This document shows positions 9,025-18,616 of a DNA stretch of 36,036 nt, piece by piece; position 1 is the stretch's first letter, and each line of letters opens with the position of its first letter. The translations under genes were made by a program, and so were the position numbers. Location: IMG/VR virus record IMGVR_UViG_3300046709_000081, positions 1-36,036 of that record; one strand, written 5' to 3'. The notes under the pieces are model-generated. The model did not search any database. It was not told where the DNA came from and worked only from the letters and a program-made list of their open reading frames with translations. The DNA is from a virus. Its lineage: Duplodnaviria; Caudoviricetes.

Positions 9025-9272
9025 TGCGGCTGATCAAGCTACTCGTGCCGCTGTTTCTGGGCTCCACGACGCATCAAGTGGACGATCCGCCTTTCGAGGT
9101 CGATGACCGTACGGCCGCCGAGCTGGTCAAGCGCAGGCAGGCCGAATACGTGGCCGCCGTGCACCTGCCGCCCGAACGCGGGCCGGCTCCCGAGACAACC
9201 ACCGACCCGGCACCGGGGCGGGCCGAGCAAGCCGTTGCACCGAGGCAGGCCAAGCATGGGAGGCAATCCTAG
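9024..9272 (+). CDS. Small post-capsid protein, paralogous motif to the preceding gene
   Basis: TGATG coupling; DRTAAELVK...AEYV motif. Confidence 0.65.
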   Translation: MRLIKLLVPLFLGSTTHQVDDPPFEVDDRTAAELVKRRQAEYVAAVHLPPERGPAPETTTDPAPGRAEQAVAPRQAKHGRQS

Positions 9273-9490
9273 ACGGACTGCATGGTGTCTATAACCCAGG
9301 TCAGTTCTTCGCGAACACCGTCGCGGAACAGCGCAGTCAGGATCTCACCGGCCAGATGATGTGCTGCCAGAGGGACAGCAAGCCTTCGGCCTTCGATGAC
9401 GCCGGCAATTGCATCTAGCAGTTTTTCGGTGGCTCTGGCGTCAGTTTTCCACCCGGTAATTACCACGGTTGTTCTTTCGGATTCGAGCAT
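9269..9490 (-). CDS. Reverse-oriented 73-aa hypothetical protein (moron-like)
   Basis: AAAGGAG RBS before ATG 9490; exactly fills the gap between + strand genes. Confidence 0.55.
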   Translation of the reverse strand: MLESERTTVVITGWKTDARATEKLLDAIAGVIEGRRLAVPLAAHHLAGEILTALFRDGVREELTWVIDTMQSV

Positions 9491-9520
9491 GATTGCTCCT
9501 TTCGGCATCGCGTCTACATC

Positions 9521-10192
9521 ATGCGTCTCGTTCAAGTAACACCGCCAGCGGTCGAGCCGGTTGACCTGGCCACTGCCAAGCAGCACGCGCGCATCGAGTA
9601 CCCCGATGATGATACCCTCGTCGCCGGGCTCATCTCATCGGCGCGCATCTATTGCGAGACCGCGCTGCGCTCGGTCCTGATCACGCAAAGCTGGACCTTG
9701 TATCTCGACAGCTTCCCCTCAGCGGGCGGCTATTATAACCGTGCGATCCGGGAAGTGTGGCCATCGCTCGGCGGCTTGCCTTCCGGCCTCGGCTTCTACC
9801 CTGGGATGATCCCCAATTCAACGGGTGTGATCGACATCCCTCTGCCGCCGCTCCAGACGCTTACCAGCGTCCAGTATTGGGACTTCGCGGGCGTGCTTCA
9901 GACTTTCGACCCGGCTCAATACGTCGTCAGTCTCGGCACGCCGGCGCGCATCCAGCCTCAGTATTCCAAGGTCTGGCCGATCAGCAGGCCGACCATCGAT
10001 TCCGTTCAGGTCAACTTTGTGGCCGGCTATGGTGATGCCACCAAGTGTCCGCAGAATGTCAAGACGGCGATATGCGCCCTCGTGGCCCACTGGTACGAGA
10101 ACAGGGAAGCGGTCGCCGTGGGGCAATACGCTCCCGTACCGATGATGATCGATGCTCTGCTGTCACCGAGCGAGCCTGGAATTTACGCCTGA
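9521..10192 (+). CDS. Head-tail connector (HK97 gp6 / phiE125 gp8-like)
   Basis: PPAVEPVDLATAK.H.RI...DD.L...LI.SAR...E...LITQSW; C-terminal LVAHWYENRE. Confidence 0.92.
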   Translation: MRLVQVTPPAVEPVDLATAKQHARIEYPDDDTLVAGLISSARIYCETALRSVLITQSWTLYLDSFPSAGGYYNRAIREVWPSLGGLPSGLGFYPGMIPNSTGVIDIPLPPLQTLTSVQYWDFAGVLQTFDPAQYVVSLGTPARIQPQYSKVWPISRPTIDSVQVNFVAGYGDATKCPQNVKTAICALVAHWYENREAVAVGQYAPVPMMIDALLSPSEPGIYA

Positions 10193-10545
10193 TGTACGCG
10201 CAAAAAGCCGGCACGTACCGCCAAAGGGTCTCGCTCCAATCCCTGGTGGAAACGATCGACTCTTATGGTCAGCCGATTCAAAGCTGGACCACGCTCGCAA
10301 CCTTCTCGGCCGAGGTGCGGCCCCTGAAGGGCTCCGAGATTCTCAACATCAAGCAAGTGTGGGCGACGGCTAGCCATTTTATCAAGCACCGCTATCTGGG
10401 AGTGGCTCTCGACCCCAATCCCAAGCAGCGCTATTTGCTCCAGAAGCCTGGGGAACCTCAACGAATCTTCAATATCTTGAACTCGAATAACGTCGAGGAA
10501 CGGAATCGGTCGCATGAATCGATCTGCGAGGAGTACGTAACTTGA
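10192..10545 (+). CDS. Head closure (stopper) protein, SPP1 gp16-like
   Basis: AGTYRQRVSLQ...DSYGQ....W......AEVRPL.G.E; TGATG coupling. Confidence 0.88.
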   Translation: MYAQKAGTYRQRVSLQSLVETIDSYGQPIQSWTTLATFSAEVRPLKGSEILNIKQVWATASHFIKHRYLGVALDPNPKQRYLLQKPGEPQRIFNILNSNNVEERNRSHESICEEYVT

Positions 10546-10922
10546 GCACCACCCACAAGCTGACGTTCTCCATTTCATCCGACTCGGGAGGCACTCCATT
10601 GTCGGGCGTCCAGTCCGAGGTCGGGGCCACCGAGATTGGTTTCGACCAGCAGTACGGGGCCTCGCTCACCGACCAGCTTCTCACCGTGGCCTTCACCGTG
10701 GCGAACATCCAGAGCATTTTCCTCATCAGTGACAAGGGCCTCAAGATCGAGACCAACAACGCCACCACGCCCACCGACACTATCAACCTCAAGCCTGGCT
10801 CGCCGCTGGCGTGGAGCAAGAGCGAGGGCTATTACGCCTGCCCCTTCACGGCCAACGTCACGGCGTTTTATATCACCACCACGGTCGCAGCCCGGCTCCA
10901 GGGCAAGATCCTCACGACTTAA
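10542..10922 (+). CDS. Hypothetical virion protein (126 aa)
   Basis: GAGGAG RBS, TTG start, beta-rich, inside morphogenesis operon. Confidence 0.7.
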   Translation: MSTTHKLTFSISSDSGGTPLSGVQSEVGATEIGFDQQYGASLTDQLLTVAFTVANIQSIFLISDKGLKIETNNATTPTDTINLKPGSPLAWSKSEGYYACPFTANVTAFYITTTVAARLQGKILTT

Positions 10923-10931
10923 GGCGAAGCG

Positions 10932-11903
10932 ATGGCCGACACCAGAATCACCAGCCTTGCCACCGGAACCACGCTGCACTCGGGCGACTGGCTCGTGTAC
11001 GTCGACACCACCGACACGGCGATGGCTCCGACCGGTACCGACAAGCGGCTGTCGCCTGCCGTGCTGCTGGCGGGCCTGCCGGTCTTTGGAGGATCGGGCG
11101 TCAATCATGCGTCGGGCATCGTCCCTGATCCGGGGGCATCGGCAGGCACCACGCACTATCTGCGCGAAGATGGCACCTGGGCGGTCCCTGCCTCGGGCGG
11201 CGGGTCAGTGGGCGGCACCACGGGGCAAATCCAGTACAACGCGGCTGGCGTCTTCGGCGGCTTCGCGGTCTCGGGCGATGGGACGCTCAACACTTCCACC
11301 GGCGCTCTGACGATCACCAAGACGAGCGGAGCGGCGTTTGCGGACAGTGCCACGACGGACACCACCAACGCGGCCAACATCGCTTATGGAACGCTCCCAG
11401 CGGCCCGGCTCCCCAACCCCTCGGTGGGCAGTCTGGGCGGCGTCCAGGCGATTGCAGCGGTGGGTAGTCGATGGATCAACGCCATCTCGACGGCCGGCGT
11501 TCCTACGCTCACTCAGCCAGCCTTCAGCGATCTCACCGGCACGGCGACGGCCGCTCAGCTCCCGAGCACCGGCCTGGTAGTCAATCAGCACACGAGCCTG
11601 ATCACCGCTGATACTGACGCGGCAACGATCACATTCAACCTGGCCGTGTCCGACTGGCACACAGTGACGCTCGCCGGCAACCGCATCCTGGCTATCTCCA
11701 ACGAGGGCACGAATCAGCAATTTACTATCGTCCTCGTGCAAGATGCGACCGGCTCGCGAACCGTCACATGGTGGAGCGGCATCAAATGGGCGGGCGGCCC
11801 GGCTCCGGTGCTGACGACCACGGCGGGTAAAGCCGACGTATTCACGTTCAAGCAACTGTCAGCAGGTGCCTACTATGGTTTCGTGGCGGGCCAATCACTC
11901 TGA
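10932..11903 (+). CDS. Fibre-like virion protein
   Basis: MADTRITSL N-terminus, YLREDGTW and GQIQYN..G.FGG fibre motifs, C-terminal VQDATGSRTVTW...W.GG.APVLTT domain. Confidence 0.75.
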   Translation: MADTRITSLATGTTLHSGDWLVYVDTTDTAMAPTGTDKRLSPAVLLAGLPVFGGSGVNHASGIVPDPGASAGTTHYLREDGTWAVPASGGGSVGGTTGQIQYNAAGVFGGFAVSGDGTLNTSTGALTITKTSGAAFADSATTDTTNAANIAYGTLPAARLPNPSVGSLGGVQAIAAVGSRWINAISTAGVPTLTQPAFSDLTGTATAAQLPSTGLVVNQHTSLITADTDAATITFNLAVSDWHTVTLAGNRILAISNEGTNQQFTIVLVQDATGSRTVTWWSGIKWAGGPAPVLTTTAGKADVFTFKQLSAGAYYGFVAGQSL

Positions 11904-14035
11904 TGGCCTGGTTTAACCCCGCCTGGCGCTACCGCATCCCGGTCACGGTGGACAACACCGCCAACGCCACCAGTGCGCTCGCTTATTATCAGGTCGGAAT
12001 CTCGCTCACGGGGGCGGCTTACACGTCGATCAACGCGCACGCCAAGGCCGACCGCTCTGACCTCCGGGTCACGGACTCGGATGGTGTAACGCTCCTCAGC
12101 TTCGCACTGGAAGGCAACGATACCGTCAACAGCGCGGTCTATCTTTTGGTCAAAGTGCCGCGGGTGGCAGCAGCATCAACCTCCACGATCTACATCTACT
12201 ATGGCAACGCGGCGGCAACCTCGGTATCGAGCTATCCGAACACGGTGGGGCCGGCCACGGCGCTTGTCGGTCCTGCTGACATCTTCAGCCAATCCGATGC
12301 CGCGAACCTCAACAACAACAGCGTCATTCTCAGACTTCGGCACCAGGATCAAAGCGGCGGTGGCGGTTCCTCGCTCAACGGCGAGATGCATTGTTACGTC
12401 AACAACCAGGCAACCAACGCCTCCGTAGCAGACGCCGTCATCTGGCAACTCCGAAGCACTGACGGCGGGGTCACATGGCCAGCAAAGACGCAGATATTGA
12501 TACCGGCAACCAGCCATGCAGCGTCAGTCCAGACGGTGCTGGAACTCGCCAACGGTAACATTCTCATTTTTTATCATTATGATCTGAATACGCAATATCC
12601 GCTCAGCCAGGAGTCAGGTTATGTCGGCCGCTCGACGGACGGCGGACGGACGTGGACAAATCTGAGCACCTCGCCGGCCAACCCGATGACGGTTCCGTCA
12701 GGCTACGGCTCGGCGGGCGTCCTCTACGGCAACGCCATCGAGGTTTCGGCAGGTGGCGACATTCTCAAGCCATGGTACGGGGTCAAGACTGGCAACAGCG
12801 TGACGGGCTCGTACTTGCTGCGTTGTCCGTCTGGCTCTGATCCAACCAACGGAACCAACTGGTCATTGCTCGGTACCATCGCTTACGACGGCACCAACGC
12901 ATTTAGTGAAACTGCTATCATCCAGACGACCGATGCGAATCATCTGATCGCCATCTATCGCAATGACTCCGCCACGGGTCTCTACCGCTGTTCGTCGGCC
13001 GATGGCGGCGCGACGTGGGGCGCTCCCGCCGCGCTCAATGGGCCGATGGCGGTGAATAAGAACTGCGGCGGCATCTCGCCCTTCCTCCTCAAACTCGCCA
13101 GCGGCAACATCCTTTTGATGGCCGGCGTCCGAAACAACGCGACGGCGGCCAGCGGGTCTCTGATCTGGGCGAGCACGGATAACGGGGTCAACTGGTTTGA
13201 CCGACCGGGGCAAAACCCCTGGAATTACGCGCCCAACCTGGCCGATGGCGGCTATCCGGGGGCCGACCAGCGAGCGGACGGCACGATTGTCTCGGCCTGC
13301 TATTATGAGGTGGGCGGCAACGTCAACACCGCGAATATCGGCCGCGTCATCTTCACGGAAGATTATGCGTTCAACGCTTCCAACCAGTACGATGCGTGCG
13401 AATCATTCACCGCGCCGTGGACGGTTCACGAGGCGAATCTGAGCATTGACGCAACACACGTCCACAACGGCACGAACGCGATCAAGGCCGACAACAGCGC
13501 TGGCCATGCGGTGATCGGGCGGCGGGTCTGCTGGCCGTCCGACGCGGGCCAATTGCCTCAAGGTATTGCTTACTCGTCGTGGATCTATGCGACCCAGAAC
13601 GCGGGCAATATCTCGTGGGCGGTGACGAATTCCACGCCAGCGAATCGCCAGCAATGCTACGTCAATGGAGTGGCCGGAACCCAGGACGTTATGGTCTGGG
13701 TATCCTCGTACATCGATAGCACTGTCGTTGCACCGCTCAATCGCTGGAACAAGCACACAGTCTACGCGAATATGCCAGTAGCAACCGCGTCCATGACCGG
13801 GACGCATGCGATGCTCAATAACGCGGCATTGACACCTCAGCCGGGAAACGTATCTACCAACATCGGCGCGGCTGCGAACCTCAATTTCCAGTTCGGCAAC
13901 GAGGCGGCGAATTCCGCGACTACCGCATGGCTCGACGACGTTTACACGCATCAGTACACGGCCAACATCCCGGTCACGACGGCGGGCGTGGAACAATTCA
14001 ATCCGGGTTCGGCCGGCATCTTGCTTGGACTTTGA
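11903..14035 (+). CDS. DUF2341-like domain plus BNR/Asp-box (sialidase-like propeller) protein, putative receptor-binding protein or depolymerase
   Basis: N-terminal W.YR..VT...DLRVTDSDG...IYIYYGN; Asp boxes STDGGVTW, STDGGRTW, SADGGATW, STDNGVNW. Confidence 0.8.
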   Translation: MAWFNPAWRYRIPVTVDNTANATSALAYYQVGISLTGAAYTSINAHAKADRSDLRVTDSDGVTLLSFALEGNDTVNSAVYLLVKVPRVAAASTSTIYIYYGNAAATSVSSYPNTVGPATALVGPADIFSQSDAANLNNNSVILRLRHQDQSGGGGSSLNGEMHCYVNNQATNASVADAVIWQLRSTDGGVTWPAKTQILIPATSHAASVQTVLELANGNILIFYHYDLNTQYPLSQESGYVGRSTDGGRTWTNLSTSPANPMTVPSGYGSAGVLYGNAIEVSAGGDILKPWYGVKTGNSVTGSYLLRCPSGSDPTNGTNWSLLGTIAYDGTNAFSETAIIQTTDANHLIAIYRNDSATGLYRCSSADGGATWGAPAALNGPMAVNKNCGGISPFLLKLASGNILLMAGVRNNATAASGSLIWASTDNGVNWFDRPGQNPWNYAPNLADGGYPGADQRADGTIVSACYYEVGGNVNTANIGRVIFTEDYAFNASNQYDACESFTAPWTVHEANLSIDATHVHNGTNAIKADNSAGHAVIGRRVCWPSDAGQLPQGIAYSSWIYATQNAGNISWAVTNSTPANRQQCYVNGVAGTQDVMVWVSSYIDSTVVAPLNRWNKHTVYANMPVATASMTGTHAMLNNAALTPQPGNVSTNIGAAANLNFQFGNEAANSATTAWLDDVYTHQYTANIPVTTAGVEQFNPGSAGILLGL

Positions 14036-14044
14036 CCCAGAACG

Positions 14045-14668
14045 ATGTCTTATGCATTACTTGAAAGCGGTAATCAGCTCCTGCTCGAAGACGGGGCCTC
14101 GGCGCTTCTGCTGGAAGACCCGATCGGCGTCCCGACCTACATGCTGCTCGAAAGCGGCAACCGTCTCCTGCTGGAAGACGGGGCCTCAGGGCTGCTGCTG
14201 GAGATTCCCGGCGGCGCTCCCGTGGTGCTCGTGCAGGCGCTTCGCCAGGCCGTCTATGCACGGCTGGCTGGCTCGCAGGCAATCACCACTCTGGTCGGCT
14301 CACGGATCTATTTCGGTGCACTGCCGCAGACCAGCAATATCTGGGCGGCTCCAGCCATCACTTACGCAGTCATCAGCCGGCCCTATGGCCATACGCTGGT
14401 CGGGGCCGATGGCACCAGTCAAGCGCGAGTCCAGATCACCGCGCACGCGGTCTCGGTCGCCCTGTGTGATCAGATCAGTCAGGCGGTCCGTGATTCCTTC
14501 GACGGCTTCGCGGGCTCGATGTCCGGGGTCAAGGTGACGGCCTGCATTCTCGATAACGAGATTGATCTGCCGACTCCTCCAGTGGCCGGCACCGACCAGT
14601 GGACGCACTCCATTGCCTCTGATTATCAGATCAACCATAGAGTTTCGCTTCCCGCCAACCTGAACTGA
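14045..14668 (+). CDS. Tail terminator (DUF3168-like) with duplicated N-terminal LLESGN.LLLEDG repeat
   Basis: ITTLVGSRIY..ALPQ...PAITY..IS...ARVQI core; lies before the tail tube gene. Confidence 0.8.
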   Translation: MSYALLESGNQLLLEDGASALLLEDPIGVPTYMLLESGNRLLLEDGASGLLLEIPGGAPVVLVQALRQAVYARLAGSQAITTLVGSRIYFGALPQTSNIWAAPAITYAVISRPYGHTLVGADGTSQARVQITAHAVSVALCDQISQAVRDSFDGFAGSMSGVKVTACILDNEIDLPTPPVAGTDQWTHSIASDYQINHRVSLPANLN

Positions 14669-14681
14669 TTCGGAGGTATCC

Positions 14682-15158
14682 ATGTCTGATACTGAAGTTA
14701 CGCCGGCATCTGATCCTGGAGTTACTCCTTTTTCGACAACTCCTGTCGTTCAGCCGGCGCAGGGAACAACGTTGGCGTGCGATTTCACGACGCCGACGAC
14801 ATACGTATTGATCGGCCTTATTACCAGCATCACCGGGCCTGAATCCGAGGTCGGCTCGGTCGAGACCACGGTCTTGACCTCCACGCGCAAAACGTACAGA
14901 TACACCATCGTTGATCCTGGCGAGCTGTCTTTCGAGCTGGACTTCGACCCGACCGATACGTCAAGCCACACCCTGCTCGCGGGCCTTCAGGACGCGCCTG
15001 CCATCCATTCCTGGCAGATCACCTTCAACACCACGCCAGCCAAGAAGGCCACGGTCTCGGGCTTCCTGACCAAGTTCGCGCCCTCGGCCGGGGGTGTCGA
15101 GGAAAACCTGACGGCAGCGATCACGGTCAAATTAACGGGGGCAATTGTCTGGACATGA
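14682..15158 (+). CDS. Major tail tube protein
   Basis: GGAGG RBS; ITSITGP..E...VETT.L...DPGELSFE..FDP; ends ITVKLTG. Confidence 0.88.
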   Translation: MSDTEVTPASDPGVTPFSTTPVVQPAQGTTLACDFTTPTTYVLIGLITSITGPESEVGSVETTVLTSTRKTYRYTIVDPGELSFELDFDPTDTSSHTLLAGLQDAPAIHSWQITFNTTPAKKATVSGFLTKFAPSAGGVEENLTAAITVKLTGAIVWT

Positions 15159-15589
15159 TCACGCGCATCTCTTTTCTGGCCCCACAGCCCTTGGAGCGGC
15201 GGGCTATCGTGGTCCCCGGCCTCGGCCATTGCTTCGTCCGCGCCATGTCGGCCGGCGAGCGGGATGAGTTCGAGGTCGCACACTCGAAAAGCAAGAACAA
15301 GGACTTCCGCGCGCGGCTCGTGGCCTGTACCGTGTGCGATGACGACGGCTCGCTGGTCTTCTCGACGGCCGATATTCCGGCCCTGTCGGCCCTGCCTGCG
15401 GCCACGCTCCAGCCGCTCGTGGTAATGGCCGTCGAGGTCAACCGGCTCTCCGAGGCCGACGTGGCCGACCTGGAAGCAGCGGGAAAAAACTCATCCGGCG
15501 ACCGCAGCGGCAATTCCTCTTCCGACTCGCCCTTGCCCTCGGTCGCACAGTCGCCGAACTCGAAACATCTCTCTCCGATCGCGAGCTAG
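15155..15589 (+). CDS. Tail assembly chaperone (gpG-like)
   Basis: VRAMSAGERDEFE...RARLVA..VCD..G..F; contains slippery GGGAAAAAAC. Confidence 0.88.
   Translation: MITRISFLAPQPLERRAIVVPGLGHCFVRAMSAGERDEFEVAHSKSKNKDFRARLVACTVCDDDGSLVFSTADIPALSALPAATLQPLVVMAVEVNRLSEADVADLEAAGKNSSGDRSGNSSSDSPLPSVAQSPNSKHLSPIAS
15481..15490 (+). other. Programmed -1 ribosomal frameshift site
   Basis: G GGA AAA AAC; the -1 frame reads KLIRRPQRQFLFRLALALGRTVAEL...RELEEWLAF, a gpT-like sequence. Confidence 0.88.
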
Positions 15590-16020
15590 AGGAATGGCTC
15601 GCGTTCGCTCGACACGTCTCGCCACTGTCCACCCCGGCCGAGCATGCCGCGCAAATCTGTGCCGTGCTGGCCAGTATCTGGGGCAAGCGGCGGTATCAGC
15701 CCGAAGACTTCTTGCCGGTCGTCCGGCAGGTGAAGCAGCTCACGCCCGAGGAATCGGTGGCCTGGATGATGGGAGCGCTCGGTGGCGGGCTCGATCGTCG
15801 TAACGGGAATCAAGGAAATCGATCGGAACCTGAAAACGCTGGAGCCGAAGATCCAGCGCAAGGTCTTGCGCCAGGCCATGCGGTCGGGGATGAAGCTGGT
15901 GATGCAGGAAGCCTTGATGCGGGTGCCAGTGCTGACGGGCTTGCTCAAGCGAAACATCAAGCTCCGGGCGATGAAGCGGAGCCGCAGCCGGACGGGCCTG
16001 CTGGTGCAGATCAGGAGTGA
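15487..16020 (+). CDS. gpT-like frameshifted extension of the chaperone (gpGT)
   Basis: Open -1 frame from the slippery site, continuous with ORF 15664..16020. Confidence 0.8.
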   Translation, partial: KLIRRPQRQFLFRLALALGRTVAELETSLSDRELEEWLAFARHVSPLSTPAEHAAQICAVLASIWGKRRYQPEDFLPVVRQVKQLTPEESVAWMMGALGGGLDRRNGNQGNRSEPENAGAEDPAQGLAPGHAVGDEAGDAGSLDAGASADGLAQAKHQAPGDEAEPQPDGPAGADQE

Positions 16021-16207
16021 TCCGGGGTTCGTCAAGCCCTCGAAGGCAGGCGTGAAATACTGGTATCCGGCGGCGGTCGAGTTCGGGCATGGGACCGTAC
16101 CGCCGCATCCGTTCATGCGGCCAGCTTATGACGTGAAGGGGCCAGAGGCCAGGGATACCACAATGAAGGAATTGCTTGACGGCACGCTCCGCGAGGCTAA
16201 ACCGTAA
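15782..16207 (+). CDS. HK97 gp10-like tail completion protein
   Basis: VTGIKEI...PVLTGLLKRNI...VEFG....PPHPFMRPAYD. Confidence 0.9.
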   Translation: MAGSIVVTGIKEIDRNLKTLEPKIQRKVLRQAMRSGMKLVMQEALMRVPVLTGLLKRNIKLRAMKRSRSRTGLLVQIRSDPGFVKPSKAGVKYWYPAAVEFGHGTVPPHPFMRPAYDVKGPEARDTTMKELLDGTLREAKP

Positions 16208-16210
16208 CAT

Positions 16211-17632
16211 ATGCTTATAGGGACAATCAATATCGCGATGCAAGCCTCGACCCAGGCTCTGGTCAAGGGCCTGAACGATGCGCGCTCATCACTGGCTGGC
16301 TTCGGCAAGTCGATCATGTCGTTGAAGGGCTTGATCGCCGGCAGTTTCGCGGGCGCTGGGATTGCGGCCCTGGCTCACTTCGCTGAGATGGCGGCTCATC
16401 TGGAGCAGAATATTCAGCGGCTAGAGGTTGTCTTCGGTGATGCGTCCGACTCGATTGTCAAGCAGGCCGAGAAGATGAACCTGGCTTTCGGCACGAGTGA
16501 GCTGGCCTCGACGGCAGCGGCGGTCAAGATGGGCGGGCTGTTCGAGGCGTTGGGCGTGGCCAGGGCACCAGCGGCCGAGATGACCGACCAGCTCCTCGTG
16601 ATGGCCCAGGCGATCGCCAGCTTCAAACACATCGGCTTCGAGGAGGCAGTAACCAAGGTCTTCGCGGGTATGGCGGGCAAGGGTAAAGGGCTCAAGGAAT
16701 TCGGCATCGCCGTCAGTGCAACGATGAGTGCGCAGGAACGTTTCAATGCGATCATGACAGGCGGGGCCAACATCGTCGGCAACATGGGCCAGCGGGCCGG
16801 CGATGCGTCCAACGCCTGGAAGGAATTTCACGGGCGGATCGAACAGCTTGAAATCACGTTAGGTCAGCATCTCCCCGAAGTGGTTGGGCCATTTTTCTCG
16901 GAGCTGAGCGTGTCCCTGGTTGCGGCGATCGATTGGTTCAAGAACCTGAATAACGAGACGCTCAACTGGGGCGAGCAAACCCTGTCATCGGGCAAGGGGG
17001 CCGCAGAAAGTATCGGCTGGGTGCAAACGGCAGTGATGGGCCTGGCCGATGCGTGGCAAGCCGCGAGCATCAGCTTCACGGGATTCCGATCCGTATTTAG
17101 CGAGGGAATCGCCAAGATGCTGAGCGGGCCTCTGGCGAGCCTCGGCGATGGTATCGATGCTCTGTTCGAGAAGATTGGCCTGGTGGATAAGGTGAAGCCC
17201 GCTCTGGGCACGGGCGATCTTGTGCGGATCTGGGGGGACACTCTGCATGAGACGGCCCGGAAGGAATACGAGGAATTCAAAAAGAAGATGGGTGAACCGC
17301 TGGCCAGCGAGGGCATCGCCACTGCCTACAAGGCCGCTCATGACCAGATCGAAGCGGCACGGCGCGAGGTCACGAAAGGGGTTCTGGACGCAGCCGCCGC
17401 GGTGCCACACAAGGATATTGTCAAGGATGTCGGCAAGGCTGCCGGCGCAGCGATCGCGGCGGGCGGTGTGGGCACCGCAAGCGTGATCACCAAGGGCAAG
17501 TATCAGATCGGCGATGAGGGCCACAAGAAAAAGCTGGAGAAGAACGGCGACAAGACCAACGAGCTACTGGCCGGCATCAAGGCCAACCTCGAAGCGGGTG
17601 GTGGTGAGCCTGAAATGTGGGACGATCTCTAG
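16211..17632 (+). CDS. Tape measure protein (short, 473 aa)
   Basis: Ala/Gly-rich helical protein, VVFGDAS motif, follows the chaperone genes. Confidence 0.8.
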   Translation: MLIGTINIAMQASTQALVKGLNDARSSLAGFGKSIMSLKGLIAGSFAGAGIAALAHFAEMAAHLEQNIQRLEVVFGDASDSIVKQAEKMNLAFGTSELASTAAAVKMGGLFEALGVARAPAAEMTDQLLVMAQAIASFKHIGFEEAVTKVFAGMAGKGKGLKEFGIAVSATMSAQERFNAIMTGGANIVGNMGQRAGDASNAWKEFHGRIEQLEITLGQHLPEVVGPFFSELSVSLVAAIDWFKNLNNETLNWGEQTLSSGKGAAESIGWVQTAVMGLADAWQAASISFTGFRSVFSEGIAKMLSGPLASLGDGIDALFEKIGLVDKVKPALGTGDLVRIWGDTLHETARKEYEEFKKKMGEPLASEGIATAYKAAHDQIEAARREVTKGVLDAAAAVPHKDIVKDVGKAAGAAIAAGGVGTASVITKGKYQIGDEGHKKKLEKNGDKTNELLAGIKANLEAGGGEPEMWDDL

Positions 17633-17635
17633 GCC

Positions 17636-18613
17636 GTGCAGATCGTTTCGATAACTGATGTACGGGGCAATCGCACCGTCTCCTGGTCGGGCCAGGGCGG
17701 GCGGTCGTATTCGCAACAACTCCGGGTGATCACGGATGACCCGACGATGGGGCCGCGCGCGGTGGCCAAGGCCCTCAGCTTCCGGGTCGGCGATGCCTAT
17801 AAACACCCGCTCACGACAACGGCCACCGAATGGGATTACGGCAACTACCTCCAGAGCTTTGACCTCAAGGAAGAGAGCGACGACGGCAAGCAATGGCTCT
17901 GCACGCTCAACTTCGGACAGTTCAATTGGACGGAGCAGGGGGGGGCGACCACCGAGGCGGCCAGCGAGGGTCAGACCGATCCTTTCAAGGTGCCGATCAA
18001 GGTCAGCTTCGGCACGGCCAAATATGAGCGCGAGATCACCCGCGATATGCGGGGCAAGCCGATCGTCAACACCGTGGGCGACCCCTTCGACCCGCCCATG
18101 AAACGCGATGACTCGCGGGGCGTGCTCACCCTGGTACGCAATGAGCCCACATTCAACGCTCAGTATGTTCAGACCTTCAAGGACACCTGTAATCAAGATC
18201 TATTTCTAACTATATATAAAGCGAACACGGTCAAGTGTGCCGACGTGACTGCGGAACGAGAGTATCAGGCTGACTGGGGTTATTACTGGGTGGTGACCTA
18301 TCAGTTCGAGATCCGCGAATCGATCACCCTCGACGACGGCACCGTGGTTGCCGATGGCTGGAATGAACTCGTGCTCAACAAGGGCCTGCGCGAGTGGGAC
18401 ACCACCGGCCCTTCCGGTTCGCTCGCGCCGATCCTGATCAAAGGCGCTCCCGTGACGACCCCGGTTCCGATCAACAATGACGGCTTTTATGATCCCAGCA
18501 ACCTGCCTTTCTATCGAGCATTTCAGATTTATCCACTTCAGGACTTCAGTCGCTTCAATTTCCCCGATGACCTGCTCACGGTGGGGTCGCATCCGGGACA
18601 GGGCGGATCTTGA
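17636..18613 (+). CDS. Putative tail-tip/distal tail protein
   Basis: Directly after the TMP; beta-rich; PIVNTVGDPFDPP and GWN..VLN.G motifs. Confidence 0.65.
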   Translation: MQIVSITDVRGNRTVSWSGQGGRSYSQQLRVITDDPTMGPRAVAKALSFRVGDAYKHPLTTTATEWDYGNYLQSFDLKEESDDGKQWLCTLNFGQFNWTEQGGATTEAASEGQTDPFKVPIKVSFGTAKYEREITRDMRGKPIVNTVGDPFDPPMKRDDSRGVLTLVRNEPTFNAQYVQTFKDTCNQDLFLTIYKANTVKCADVTAEREYQADWGYYWVVTYQFEIRESITLDDGTVVADGWNELVLNKGLREWDTTGPSGSLAPILIKGAPVTTPVPINNDGFYDPSNLPFYRAFQIYPLQDFSRFNFPDDLLTVGSHPGQGGS

Positions 18614-18616
18614 CCC

